This document shows positions 1 to 9,490 of a stretch of 64,000 nucleotides of DNA, in pieces (position 1 is the first letter of the stretch; each line of letters begins with the position of its first letter). The position numbers were made by a program, and so were the translations under genes. Source of the stretch: a virus; IMG/VR virus record IMGVR_UViG_3300025865_000006, positions 32,001 through 96,000 of that record; one strand, 5' to 3'. Under the pieces are notes generated by a model that was not told the origin of the DNA, searched no databases, and saw only the letters and a list, made by a program, of their open reading frames with translations.

Positions 1-1611
1 GTTCCAGTTAGGTATGATGCTACTGTAAGTTTACAGTATTGGGATGGTGCTTGGCAGGAGCTTATACAGGGTATATCGTTTAACGTAGGAATCTTCGATC
101 CGATTGATGCTTCAAAAGCTATAGCAGGGGAGCTACCTTCTATAACAACAAGTCTTTGGAGATTACTGGTAGATAATCTTGGTACAAATAATGGGGTATC
201 TATTCTAACGTTTGAGTTAGGATTTGCTACAGTTAAATCTGGAACATTTGCTCAGGCACAAGCATCCTTTGGACACTTTGCTGTAGGACAAGCTGGAACC
301 CTCTTGTGGCCCGCTTTTGGCCTTACCGCCTTTGGACAGGCCCTAGTAACTATTATCACTACGTACCAAACGAGCAGTCAATCCAATACATGGGTAATCC
401 CACCTACAGTAACAGGACTTACCACTGTTGATATTTTACAAACATTTAATACATATAACCAAGCAAATACTTGGATTATACCCCCTACTGTTATTGCTAA
501 TGCGCAAGCACGGATAATAGCTTATGATGTTTCTCAATTTGGGCAGGCTAAGGCTAGGGTATTGCAAACATATGTAAAGACAGGTTATGCAAAGGTATGG
601 ATTACTAAGCCACAATGGGCTGGACAGGCCCTAGTAACTATTTTGGATAGGAGACACGGTAAAAGCTATGGTCAAACCAAAGTTTATATAGGCCACTTCC
701 AATTTGCTAGTACCCAAGCATACATTACCAAGAACTGGAAATGGGCGCAAGCAAAAGCTCTTATTAGAGGGGTAGGTATACAGAGATACGCACAGGCAAC
801 TGTATATATTTATCCTTGGCCTAGTTCCCAAGTACAGGCAGCTATTAGGCAAACCTATAGAGAAATTGGCGGGGCGGTAGCACTATTAAATACAGGTCTA
901 GAAACAGCGCAGGCACAAGCAGATATGGTGCAAACCTATTATTCGGAGGGTAATTCACGAGTTTGGATTAAACAAGTATACTCTCCGATTGCACAAGCCT
1001 TGGCAGTGTTGTTTGAGAGACATTGGGTAGGGGCACAAGCCAGAACGCGGATATCCAAGCAATACAAAGTCACAGGACAAGCTATGGTTTGGGTAGGGTA
1101 CCATAAGTTTAGTCAGGCCCAAGCACGCATAATAGCCTTCAATGTCCCTAAATTTGGCCTAGCAGCGGGTTATATAGTAGTGGGACAGGCTATTCCCCCC
1201 GGTATAGGGCCAACTAGTGACTATTATACATATCTTGTGCGATTCAATGGTCACGACTTGCCGGGGTATGCCCAGTCAGAATCCTACTCAAATGAAGTAA
1301 GTCTTAACTCATATCCTGCACCATATATTGATGGTGCATTATCTGAAGATACAGGGCTTAAAAATACTGTAATAACAATAGAAATGCTTGTATGGGAACC
1401 AACCTATGAAGCATGTAAGGATAAGGTTAGATTAGCAGCTACAATTATGCGGTCAGCACGGGGATTTGCTCCGCTATATATACAGCATAGAGATAAGTAC
1501 TATTTAGCCATTGCAAACTCTTTGGCTGTTTCAAAGCAGGTACCAGAGAGTTCTACAATTCTAAAGTACACTCTAACATTCGAGGCACGTCCAGTTAAAA
1601 TAGATAGTTAA
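1..1611 (+). CDS. Tail protein, 5'-partial; repetitive beta-strand region plus C-terminal distal-tail-like domain
   Basis: Frame is open from base 1, so the ORF-track start at 304 is internal. Many ~14-aa (A/G)QA(Q/K)AxI repeats; C-terminus VRFNGHDLPG...YTLTFEARP resembles Dit-like domains; sits upstream of the tail-tip gene. Confidence 0.65.
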   Translation, partial: VPVRYDATVSLQYWDGAWQELIQGISFNVGIFDPIDASKAIAGELPSITTSLWRLLVDNLGTNNGVSILTFELGFATVKSGTFAQAQASFGHFAVGQAGTLLWPAFGLTAFGQALVTIITTYQTSSQSNTWVIPPTVTGLTTVDILQTFNTYNQANTWIIPPTVIANAQARIIAYDVSQFGQAKARVLQTYVKTGYAKVWITKPQWAGQALVTILDRRHGKSYGQTKVYIGHFQFASTQAYITKNWKWAQAKALIRGVGIQRYAQATVYIYPWPSSQVQAAIRQTYREIGGAVALLNTGLETAQAQADMVQTYYSEGNSRVWIKQVYSPIAQALAVLFERHWVGAQARTRISKQYKVTGQAMVWVGYHKFSQAQARIIAFNVPKFGLAAGYIVVGQAIPPGIGPTSDYYTYLVRFNGHDLPGYAQSESYSNEVSLNSYPAPYIDGALSEDTGLKNTVITIEMLVWEPTYEACKDKVRLAATIMRSARGFAPLYIQHRDKYYLAIANSLAVSKQVPESSTILKYTLTFEARPVKIDS

Positions 1612-1618
1612 GGTAAGG

Positions 1619-4363
1619 GTGAATACGATTCTACAGATTAGGCTTTCGTTACCAAATTTTGCCAGCGGGGTAAGCTTTGTAGACCCGGTAATTATTGAGC
1701 GGGCGGAAAATGTTTCACTAGTTAAGACAGTAAGCTCTAGTGACGAAACTATTACATTTGAGATGCCCCTTAATGATCCCAAGATGCAGTATGTTACTTA
1801 TATCCGTTGGTGGGAATGTTGGGATACAGATACAAACGTGCGACTAAATTATGGGCCAATTACTGCAATTAGTTATACTAGTGGACAAACTAAAAAGATA
1901 TCTGGTCCCGGTAGATCGGCCTTACTGGAAGAGTTTTATAAGAGCACCCAAACATTCTATTATCCAATTAACCAGTTCTTTGATGACCTGCGTTACGAAA
2001 ATATTGCTGGTGAGCCTCGTACTTCAACTATCATTAACAAGGCTACTAGTTCTGATTACTACGGCTTAAGTCTACGTACCAAAGATTTTGCCATTGATGA
2101 GCAAACAGGGTTTATCTCTATTGGTAGAGATACGCCAGAGCGAGGAACAAAAAAGAGCGATGCTTTCTGGACAGGGATAGACAAAGCAGATTATCTTACA
2201 GTTAATCTAGGGGACAAGTATACCATTTCTAAAGCCCTAGTGTTACTTCCTTGGTGGGGTGGGCCAACAGTTTGGAATACTAGAACATACGAGTGGGATT
2301 GGTCACACTCAGATAGTCCTGATAGCGGATTTACTACTGATTTTACTACTGTTGGACCTCATGATGGTGCTTGGATGGACCCGGCTATTGGTGGGACACC
2401 TATTTACTATGGGGGGGAAACAGGATTTGATAATCATCAGATAGCGGTAGATGGGGATGCAGTAGAAGCACAATATTGGAAGGTAAATATAAGGGATGCA
2501 CATGCTTGGTATGGAAATGCCCTAGCTGGTGTCTCTTCTGATGAGTGGGGTTGGGAATGTGGGGAAAGTAATGTGCTGTTTGGAAATAGTGCTATTTCCC
2601 CAACAGTAAGTGGGGGAATTATTCCTAAAACTGACTTAAATCCATCAAGTAACTGCCATGCTTCGGTAGTAGAATTAGGTGTATATAGAAAAATTCTAGG
2701 TAGGGATAACATCCCTAACCTAGCATACCACCAAATACAAGATGATAATAGACAGATTACTTATTATCATGTACCCGACGCTAGTGAAATGATTAGTGCT
2801 GGTTCCGGTACTAAGTTTGAACCGGGTGGATTTTTTAGAAGGGTTACATACACATCTGGTGGGGGAAATATAGTAAAGAGTGAGTTTAATAATATTTTAT
2901 ATACAGGTGGAAGTTATACCTTATCGTGCCCCGCTTATTCTAGACTGCTGTTATTTAGCGATGCCTCTACCCAAGTAACGCAAGCTGACGCATGGATAAG
3001 TACTGTAGATGCCTTTTCTTATGGGGGAAGTTACTCCCACACTATTGTACAGAATGATACGGCTGTTCTACACTTTAGGGGAGTCTCACTAAAATGGTTT
3101 GCCACCATACCCGAAGGCTCTACAGCAGGTCGAGTATCCATTGAATTGCGATCCAAGGATGGTGCAGGTATATGGACTGACTGGGACACATTAGAAGCTG
3201 GTCTTACGCTTCCTGTAGGTGTTTCAGCAGAAAAGGTCTATGAGATAACCTATGAGTCTGCTCTACTTCAAGACGACACAAATTATGAATTAAAAATTAC
3301 CAATCTAAATGGTGGTTATGTATCTATTGATGCCTTTGCAGGATATTGGTCAGCCTCTTTCTCAGAAATTAATGAGGATGATAATAGGTTTGGAATAGCG
3401 GCGCTAACTGAAGCAACACAGCTTTTTAATTCAGCAGACTCCTTCGGTAGTGTATATGAGTTTAAGGATGTAGGGCATGTTGCGAAGATGGGCTTCACCT
3501 TTACAGGGGATAGGATTATTGTTTATGCTAAGAAGGGTCCGAACTCTGGCAAGATTCAGGTATTCTTATGGAATCCCTTTGGACCGGGTACGTATCCCAT
3601 TCCCGGTGGGGAAGCAGATGGCTCACTCATAGTTGACCTACAGAGTGCCTATGAGGTTCCACAAGTGGTCATCTTTGATTCTAATGATTTCTTTACTGAT
3701 ACCGGCTTACCTTGGGCACATCACCAACTTTATATTTGGAAACCGGATGATACTGCTCCTATGTATGTAGATGGCCTAGGGGTTCATGAGACAAGCGGAC
3801 TTAGCGTTAAGTTTGTAAACACAACACATCTAGAGATACTAAAAAATACATGTGAAGCACTACAACTAGAGTGGGATGTAACGGAAAACGGTATTTTAGT
3901 TGTCCCAAGAATTGGAACGGATACAGATGTAATCTTTGCAGAGGGCAGGGGAACTACGATTAGTATCCAAGATGATGAGGATTCTAGCCAAGTAGCAACT
4001 ATGCTTATATCTTCAGGCTCAGATATTGATGGATTACCCTTAACAACGGTAGTAGAGAACAAGGTAACTAGAAAGCTGTTTGGAAGAACCATTCAGCGTT
4101 TGTATGACTTTAGAAATATTGGAGATTACTTTACACTTATTGGGGCATCTAGAGCAGAGTTATTAAAGCGTAGAACACCGCAGAAGAAAATTATAGTTAC
4201 CTATGCCCCCGGTCCCCTACCTGTAAACTTAGGTGATAGTTTTATAGTCAAGAACACTGATTTGGAAGTTCGTGTTAGAGCAATAACAATTACAAGGAAT
4301 CAATCTTCCAGTGCGGGTACAGACTATTCAATGGAGTGTATAACATGGCCGCAGATCATATAA
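1619..4363 (+). CDS. Tail tip/hub (Tal-like) protein with inserted carbohydrate-binding-like domains
   Basis: 914 aa. N-terminal ITFEMP and C-terminal LGDSFIV...RVRAITITR resemble siphophage tail-tip proteins. Internal F5/8-like LTVNLG and repeated FTFTG/FRG...VYA...GPNSG beta-sandwich motifs. Confidence 0.7.
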   Translation: MNTILQIRLSLPNFASGVSFVDPVIIERAENVSLVKTVSSSDETITFEMPLNDPKMQYVTYIRWWECWDTDTNVRLNYGPITAISYTSGQTKKISGPGRSALLEEFYKSTQTFYYPINQFFDDLRYENIAGEPRTSTIINKATSSDYYGLSLRTKDFAIDEQTGFISIGRDTPERGTKKSDAFWTGIDKADYLTVNLGDKYTISKALVLLPWWGGPTVWNTRTYEWDWSHSDSPDSGFTTDFTTVGPHDGAWMDPAIGGTPIYYGGETGFDNHQIAVDGDAVEAQYWKVNIRDAHAWYGNALAGVSSDEWGWECGESNVLFGNSAISPTVSGGIIPKTDLNPSSNCHASVVELGVYRKILGRDNIPNLAYHQIQDDNRQITYYHVPDASEMISAGSGTKFEPGGFFRRVTYTSGGGNIVKSEFNNILYTGGSYTLSCPAYSRLLLFSDASTQVTQADAWISTVDAFSYGGSYSHTIVQNDTAVLHFRGVSLKWFATIPEGSTAGRVSIELRSKDGAGIWTDWDTLEAGLTLPVGVSAEKVYEITYESALLQDDTNYELKITNLNGGYVSIDAFAGYWSASFSEINEDDNRFGIAALTEATQLFNSADSFGSVYEFKDVGHVAKMGFTFTGDRIIVYAKKGPNSGKIQVFLWNPFGPGTYPIPGGEADGSLIVDLQSAYEVPQVVIFDSNDFFTDTGLPWAHHQLYIWKPDDTAPMYVDGLGVHETSGLSVKFVNTTHLEILKNTCEALQLEWDVTENGILVVPRIGTDTDVIFAEGRGTTISIQDDEDSSQVATMLISSGSDIDGLPLTTVVENKVTRKLFGRTIQRLYDFRNIGDYFTLIGASRAELLKRRTPQKKIIVTYAPGPLPVNLGDSFIVKNTDLEVRVRAITITRNQSSSAGTDYSMECITWPQII

Positions 4364-4599
4364 TAAGAGTTGGGAATAAGATAAGGCGCTTTCAGGATGA
4401 GACAAGGGATACCACTAATTACATTGCTGAAAATCTTAACCTGATAGAAAAATCAAACGACTTACTTGGTGTTCTATACCCTTATACCCTGGAATTTAAA
4501 ATATATGGGGGCGGTAGTGCCTATCTAACTTTAACCTTTTACGAAAAATTTAGGTCGCTTAGAGCAATTCACCCTGCGGGTGTACTATGGACAAAGTAA
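4345..4599 (+). CDS. Small tail-associated protein (shares N-terminal domain with next two genes)
   Basis: ATG at 4345 after GGAGTG; overlaps both neighbours; N-terminus aligns by eye with 4587 and 5309. Confidence 0.55.
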   Translation: MAADHIIRVGNKIRRFQDETRDTTNYIAENLNLIEKSNDLLGVLYPYTLEFKIYGGGSAYLTLTFYEKFRSLRAIHPAGVLWTK

Positions 4600-5309
4600 A
4601 AGATACAGGCCAGAAAATAGATAAGATACGTAAAGAATCGGGACTTAATGCTAAGCGTATATCTGAAAATTTTCTACAGCCCCACAGAACAGTAGAGAAC
4701 TTTAATAAAATTACCCCTCATCTAACTACGTTTACTGCAACCCCCGGTTCATCTGCAATATTAAACCTTAAAGTAACAGAGTTTCCTATACTCTGCACAG
4801 TTAATCCTCCACTTCTTCATATTTCTACAGACGCAGCCTTTAGCTACTCTAATCCGGGTAGTGTAACAAGTCTCGCTAGTAGCAACCTAATAGACCCCCC
4901 TAATAACGATTTTGTACTAGCAGGGGGTGGGGTACAAGTACCTGTAGATGGTTGTTATAGTGTGTTTTGGACTTCTAATGCGTGGGGGATGGGATATTTT
5001 GATGATAAGGTTGTTAATGTAACAATAACAAGAATACGTGGGGGTTCCGTATATGGCATTAGAACAGTAGGACAAACTCCTACTGGTGTCCTTATTCTAT
5101 TCGGTCCGGGGATTTATTGTTATGCCCCTGCCTCACCAGTATGGGCGGTTGTAGAGTGCATGGCGGGGGATATTATTTCTGCTGCCTTGACAGAAAATGA
5201 TATAGGCCAAACGTATCCTTGGATTGGTGGTGGACTCGGGGGATTCTTCAGCGCCGGTTTAGGCGATAGTAACATGTTAATTACTCTAATAGCGGAGTTT
5301 GAAACGTAA
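4587..5309 (+). CDS. Putative receptor-binding/minor tail protein (C1q/TNF-like beta domain)
   Basis: GGVQVPVDGCYSV...ECMAGDII is a C1q-like pattern; tail-module position. Confidence 0.5.
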   Translation: MDKVKDTGQKIDKIRKESGLNAKRISENFLQPHRTVENFNKITPHLTTFTATPGSSAILNLKVTEFPILCTVNPPLLHISTDAAFSYSNPGSVTSLASSNLIDPPNNDFVLAGGGVQVPVDGCYSVFWTSNAWGMGYFDDKVVNVTITRIRGGSVYGIRTVGQTPTGVLILFGPGIYCYAPASPVWAVVECMAGDIISAALTENDIGQTYPWIGGGLGGFFSAGLGDSNMLITLIAEFET

Positions 5310-6409
5310 TGAAAAGATTAGATCAATTAGCCAAAGGAATTTCTAACACACGAAAAGAAGCAGCTTTAAATACAAGGCAGTATCAGACTAATTTTCCACT
5401 TGTAGAAAGAAAACTTGACATACTATCAAATAATAATAGCTATACTTTAGAATTTCCTCTGACCAAAACCAACCATTCCGCACTTCTTACCATAAATATA
5501 AAACCAGATAATTGCTGTGAGTGTGAGCCGGGAGCCGCAACAACGGGCAGAGATTGCGAAGGTTACTTTAAGGCGGAATCATTTGGACCCCCTGATGCAC
5601 TGGATTACGAGTTTAATAAGCCCTATCCAGCTATATACGAAGGGGATGCTACTCCTGCTTGGGAATATAACGTATGGGAGCCTACAACAACTAGAACTCA
5701 TATGGGGCTAATTCAAACAGGAGCTAATTTTAACTACGGGTATCAAAGTCCCTTTGTTGTTCCTATATATCAGCCTTTTGATGATATTGCAGGCTACTCT
5801 ATTGCCCCTAATGGAAGGATAAAAATACCAACTGATGGTGTCTACTCAGTTTTGTTCCAGTGTACCATAGGGGGAACAGCTATGAGTGACGCAGCCTTCT
5901 TTACTCAGTCAATTAGGGTAGATCGCTCAGATGCTTATCCCCTTATAGAAACCTTATCAAAAAAGATTTACTCGGTAGCCAATAATAAGCTTTCTTTTCC
6001 TACTAACTCTATTCTATACGCTACGTGCGTTAATCTCTATCAAGGCGATACAGTAGCGGGCTGGGTAGAAATTAATGATATTGCTGGATTTTCTGTTGGC
6101 TCCGGCTGGGGGGACGAGCAAAATAATACCCATATTAATTTGCTAGGAGTAGGTTATGGTTATTTAATAGGGCATGTTTACGATATAGCTAGTGGTACCC
6201 CATTAACGGGGGTAGCTATGTCATTTAGTAATCTGTTTGGTGGTCACGCTACAACAGATGAGTTTGGAGGTTATGGTTTTTATAGCCTAGCCCCCGGAAC
6301 GTACTCTGTTACAGCAACTTATGATGGCTACATAACCCAAACACAGTCAGCAACAGTTAGTTTTAATAATATAACAGAGTTAGATTATAACCTTACAGGG
6401 GGTGGTTAA
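5309..6409 (+). CDS. Putative receptor-binding protein with C1q-like domain and C-terminal carboxypeptidase-regulatory-like domain
   Basis: GRIKIPTDGVYSV...NLYQGDTV; C-terminal GHVYDIASGTPLTGV...TTDEFGGY...LAPGTYSVTATYDGY. Confidence 0.6.
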   Translation: MKRLDQLAKGISNTRKEAALNTRQYQTNFPLVERKLDILSNNNSYTLEFPLTKTNHSALLTINIKPDNCCECEPGAATTGRDCEGYFKAESFGPPDALDYEFNKPYPAIYEGDATPAWEYNVWEPTTTRTHMGLIQTGANFNYGYQSPFVVPIYQPFDDIAGYSIAPNGRIKIPTDGVYSVLFQCTIGGTAMSDAAFFTQSIRVDRSDAYPLIETLSKKIYSVANNKLSFPTNSILYATCVNLYQGDTVAGWVEINDIAGFSVGSGWGDEQNNTHINLLGVGYGYLIGHVYDIASGTPLTGVAMSFSNLFGGHATTDEFGGYGFYSLAPGTYSVTATYDGYITQTQSATVSFNNITELDYNLTGGG

Positions 6410-6677
6410 TTTGGCCTATCCGAGTGGCTTGAAAATATACATTGATGGTCAAGATGCAACTTATTTCCTTTTTAATTCTAATACGTTTAATCCTACATCA
6501 GAGAGAAACATTCTTCGTGATATAAACATAACCGCGTTCTTACGAAAGGCTACTTCTCCTATGAAGATAAAGGATCGTAATTATAAAGGGGACGCTGGAA
6601 ATTCCTCTGTACACACAATCGAGATTACTGCTGAGGATGGAAACGGCCGCGTGGAATGTCGTGTTGAAGTTAGGTAG
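6402..6677 (+). CDS. Small tail-associated protein
   Basis: LKIYIDG...DINIT...HTIEIT...GRVE beta-sandwich pattern. True start may be TTG at 6411. Confidence 0.5.
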   Translation: MVNLAYPSGLKIYIDGQDATYFLFNSNTFNPTSERNILRDINITAFLRKATSPMKIKDRNYKGDAGNSSVHTIEITAEDGNGRVECRVEVR

Positions 6678-6690
6678 GTAATGTGATACA

Positions 6691-6885
6691 ATGATTAAGT
6701 GGCAAATAGCGTCATCAATGGACCGAGACTATATACTTGAACTGGCAAAGTCCAAGGGGTGGCTTGAACAGCCTCCTAGGGTACAGGTAAAGAGGATACG
6801 GATGGATGAAGTATGGTGGGTAATAGAGCCTTATGAAGATGACTGCAACTGCCCTGATCTTGTTTATCCGGGGAGTTATGCATGA
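6691..6885 (+). CDS. Hypothetical protein
   Basis: Fills the gap in the operon; ATGA overlap with the next gene. Confidence 0.5.
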   Translation: MIKWQIASSMDRDYILELAKSKGWLEQPPRVQVKRIRMDEVWWVIEPYEDDCNCPDLVYPGSYA

Positions 6886-8084
6886 GTGGTTTAAAAATTC
6901 TGTGGGTGGGTGATTCGCCTACAGTCAACACAGGCTTTGGGGTTGTTAGTAAAAATATACTAAAACAATTACATAATAGGGGATACAAAATTACCTGCCT
7001 CGCGGTGAATCACCACGGAGAACCATACAATAGGGAAGAATTCCCTTATGATATTCACCCATGTGAGAGTGGCGGGGGACCAGAAGGGATATATGGTATG
7101 AACAGGTTGTGGCATATACTGCCCCAAGTTCAGCCAGATTTACTATTCCTATTCAATGACCCTTGGATTATTCGTAGTTACTTAGAGCATCGTCCTGACA
7201 ATATCTCTGCCCCCTACTTGAAGACCGTGGGCTACTATCCCGTAGATGCTGGCCCAATAAAGCCTGACACAGCCCGTTTACTAAGCGAAGAATTAGATGC
7301 TCAGGTCTGTTACTCCCACTATGCCGAAAGAATTATCATAGAGGCAAATGATGGGAAGCGTCCAGATAATCTTCATCAAGTATATCATGGGGTAGATACC
7401 AAAGTTTATCGCCCCCTTAATCAACAAGCTGTTAGAGAAGAGTTAGGAATTCCCCTCGATTCGTGGGTTGTTGGAATGGTAGCAAGGAATCAGTATCGCA
7501 AGAGGTTTGATATCCTTATAAGTGCCTTCGCAAAGTTTGCCAAGGACAAGGATGATGCTAGACTATACTTACATACGGTGCTATCAGATGTAGGTTATGA
7601 TATCAACGACTTAATAAATCAGTTTAAGATAGGGGGTAAAGTCATACTTACACAAGGTATGAACTCTCCTGCTAAGGGTGTGTCAGATACCGAGTTGAAT
7701 CTTATCTATAATTCCTTCGATGCTAACGCACTGATCAGTCTTGGAGACGGTTTTGGACTTCCAGTAGCCGAGAGTATGGCCGTTGGATGCCCACAAATCG
7801 TAAGTGACCATTCATGTTTGAAAGAGTTAGTAGAGGGTCATGGCGGAATTACCGTTAAGAACGCTGCTTGGTTACTCCACACTGCCGGAATAAATACTTG
7901 GGGTGGGGTAACAGATGAAGATGATCTTGTGGCTAAGTTAGAGTGGGCTTATAGCCATAGAGATATTATGAGAAAGTACGGAGAAGAGGGGTACAAATTT
8001 ATTATGAAAGATCAATTTAATTGGAACGAAATAGGGGATAAATTCGATTCTATAATCAAGAATCTATTCCACATTATAAATTAG
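6882..8084 (+). CDS. Glycosyltransferase family 4 (GT-B)
   Basis: KILWVGDSP...TGFG; HGVDT; GMVARNQYRK; DGFGLPVAESMAVGCPQI (variant of the EGFGLPxxEAMAxG motif). Confidence 0.9.
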   Translation: MSGLKILWVGDSPTVNTGFGVVSKNILKQLHNRGYKITCLAVNHHGEPYNREEFPYDIHPCESGGGPEGIYGMNRLWHILPQVQPDLLFLFNDPWIIRSYLEHRPDNISAPYLKTVGYYPVDAGPIKPDTARLLSEELDAQVCYSHYAERIIIEANDGKRPDNLHQVYHGVDTKVYRPLNQQAVREELGIPLDSWVVGMVARNQYRKRFDILISAFAKFAKDKDDARLYLHTVLSDVGYDINDLINQFKIGGKVILTQGMNSPAKGVSDTELNLIYNSFDANALISLGDGFGLPVAESMAVGCPQIVSDHSCLKELVEGHGGITVKNAAWLLHTAGINTWGGVTDEDDLVAKLEWAYSHRDIMRKYGEEGYKFIMKDQFNWNEIGDKFDSIIKNLFHIIN

Positions 8085-8087
8085 GGG

Positions 8088-8894
8088 GTGAAAAGTATGG
8101 TTCAAGCAAAAAATATTTTAGACAGATCGGCGCAGTTTCAATGGGATAGTGATTCTAATTGTAAAAGCACTAATTGTCGCCCTACTTCAGAAGCTATGAT
8201 AGCAGGGTACTATAAAGATACACATATTTCTCCTAACAGTATGCGACAAGCTATGGGCTATTCTAGCTGTGGCGGAACAGATACGGTCCACGGAGTAGCA
8301 GGATTGCAGCATTTTGGTGTTACTGCTTCATGGGGGCAATTAACATCTGCACAAGTTATATCCAAGGTTAATCAAAATATTCCTGTAGATTTAGCGGTAC
8401 TGTATAGCAAGATTCCAAGAAGCTATGTACAGGATACAGGTTTCTATGGACTACATTCAGTAGTCGCGTGTAAAAGGGCACTCTCAGGAACAACATATGG
8501 GTTGTTTGTTCGTGATCCTGATAGATGGGGTACGGGACAGGTAGACCACGTATTTTGGCCAGATAGTATCTGGATACCAGCATTTGCTGGTTCTAATTAT
8601 GTAGCAGTGTGGCCTAATAATACTAAGGTAATTACAGTAGCTACAGCAGCAAATTATAAGTTAACTATAGCTGCTAATACAAATGTAATGTTTGCAAGTT
8701 TAGGTACAGGAGGATGCATATCAGGGTGGTCTTATTATAAATGGGGACCAACTGCAAGTGCTGCACCAGCACAAGCACCTATAGTTAGAAAAGGATGCTC
8801 ATCTGGTAGCGCCACTACAGCTTACGTAACAGCGGGAGTATTCGCAGGAAAGCATGTAAGAATTGGTAATGGAACTAATATAGTAAAAATATAA
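8088..8894 (+). CDS. Putative endolysin, C39-like (papain-fold) peptidase plus C-terminal domain
   Basis: Q...NCRPTSEAM (Cys), HSVVA (His), VRDP (Asp); lies directly before a holin-like gene. Confidence 0.7.
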   Translation: MKSMVQAKNILDRSAQFQWDSDSNCKSTNCRPTSEAMIAGYYKDTHISPNSMRQAMGYSSCGGTDTVHGVAGLQHFGVTASWGQLTSAQVISKVNQNIPVDLAVLYSKIPRSYVQDTGFYGLHSVVACKRALSGTTYGLFVRDPDRWGTGQVDHVFWPDSIWIPAFAGSNYVAVWPNNTKVITVATAANYKLTIAANTNVMFASLGTGGCISGWSYYKWGPTASAAPAQAPIVRKGCSSGSATTAYVTAGVFAGKHVRIGNGTNIVKI

Positions 8895-8908
8895 GGTGGT
8901 GATATATT

Positions 8909-9241
8909 ATGCCAAGTTTATTTGGCTGGTTAGATTCAATTCCGTGGTGGAGAGATTTATCTTATCCTGTCAAGGGTGCGCTACTAAGGGCACTAAAATC
9001 AGGTCTATCAGTAATTGTAGGAATTCTTTTAGCAGCAGCAACGGGTGGAGTACTATTTCCTGTAACATATAGTCCTTTAATAGTTTTAGTTGTTACAATG
9101 GTTCTACAATCTATTGATAAATTCTTACGAGAGACACAGGTTGTAAATGAGGTTAAGGCAACAGATTCGACTTTGGGACCCGTAGTGGGGGAGAATACTG
9201 TGGTTAACACGGATGCTACTGTGGTTACACCAAAAGTCTAA
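8909..9241 (+). CDS. Putative holin
   Basis: Two hydrophobic segments with a charged C-terminus; follows the lysin; last gene of the late operon. Confidence 0.6.
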   Translation: MPSLFGWLDSIPWWRDLSYPVKGALLRALKSGLSVIVGILLAAATGGVLFPVTYSPLIVLVVTMVLQSIDKFLRETQVVNEVKATDSTLGPVVGENTVVNTDATVVTPKV

Positions 9242-9257
9242 GGGGAATTAATTATTG

Positions 9258-9286
9258 TTGAACTAATCCCTACAGATTGCTATACT
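9258..9286 (+). promoter_or_regulatory. Sigma70-type promoter TTGAAC-N17-TATACT
   Basis: Near-consensus with TG extension; intergenic, upstream of the replication module. Confidence 0.6.
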
Positions 9287-9407
9287 GTGCAATATAGAGC
9301 AGAGTAACACTACTCTGTACAGGATAAAGAGAGGTTCTTATATATAAATATATATAGGGGCCTCCTTTTTTCCAAATCTGACCGTGAAAGAAGGTGATGC
9401 GATTGAC

Positions 9408-9437
9408 TTGAACCTCGCCCCGCGCAAAGTGTACTAT
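9408..9437 (+). promoter_or_regulatory. Promoter TTGAAC-N18-TACTAT
   Basis: Shares TTGAACCTCG with the minus-strand promoter at 62484; upstream of the SSB gene. Confidence 0.5.
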
Positions 9438-9490
9438 CCAAAGGAAGCCCCGGCTAGTGGGCCAAATGATCAGCTAAAGGAGACAGCGTA

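Noticed and set aside
6396-6412. Programmed frameshift fusing the 5309 and 6402 ORFs at the G5 run
   Set aside because: The G-run is more simply an SD for a TTG start at 6411; there is no canonical slippery heptamer.
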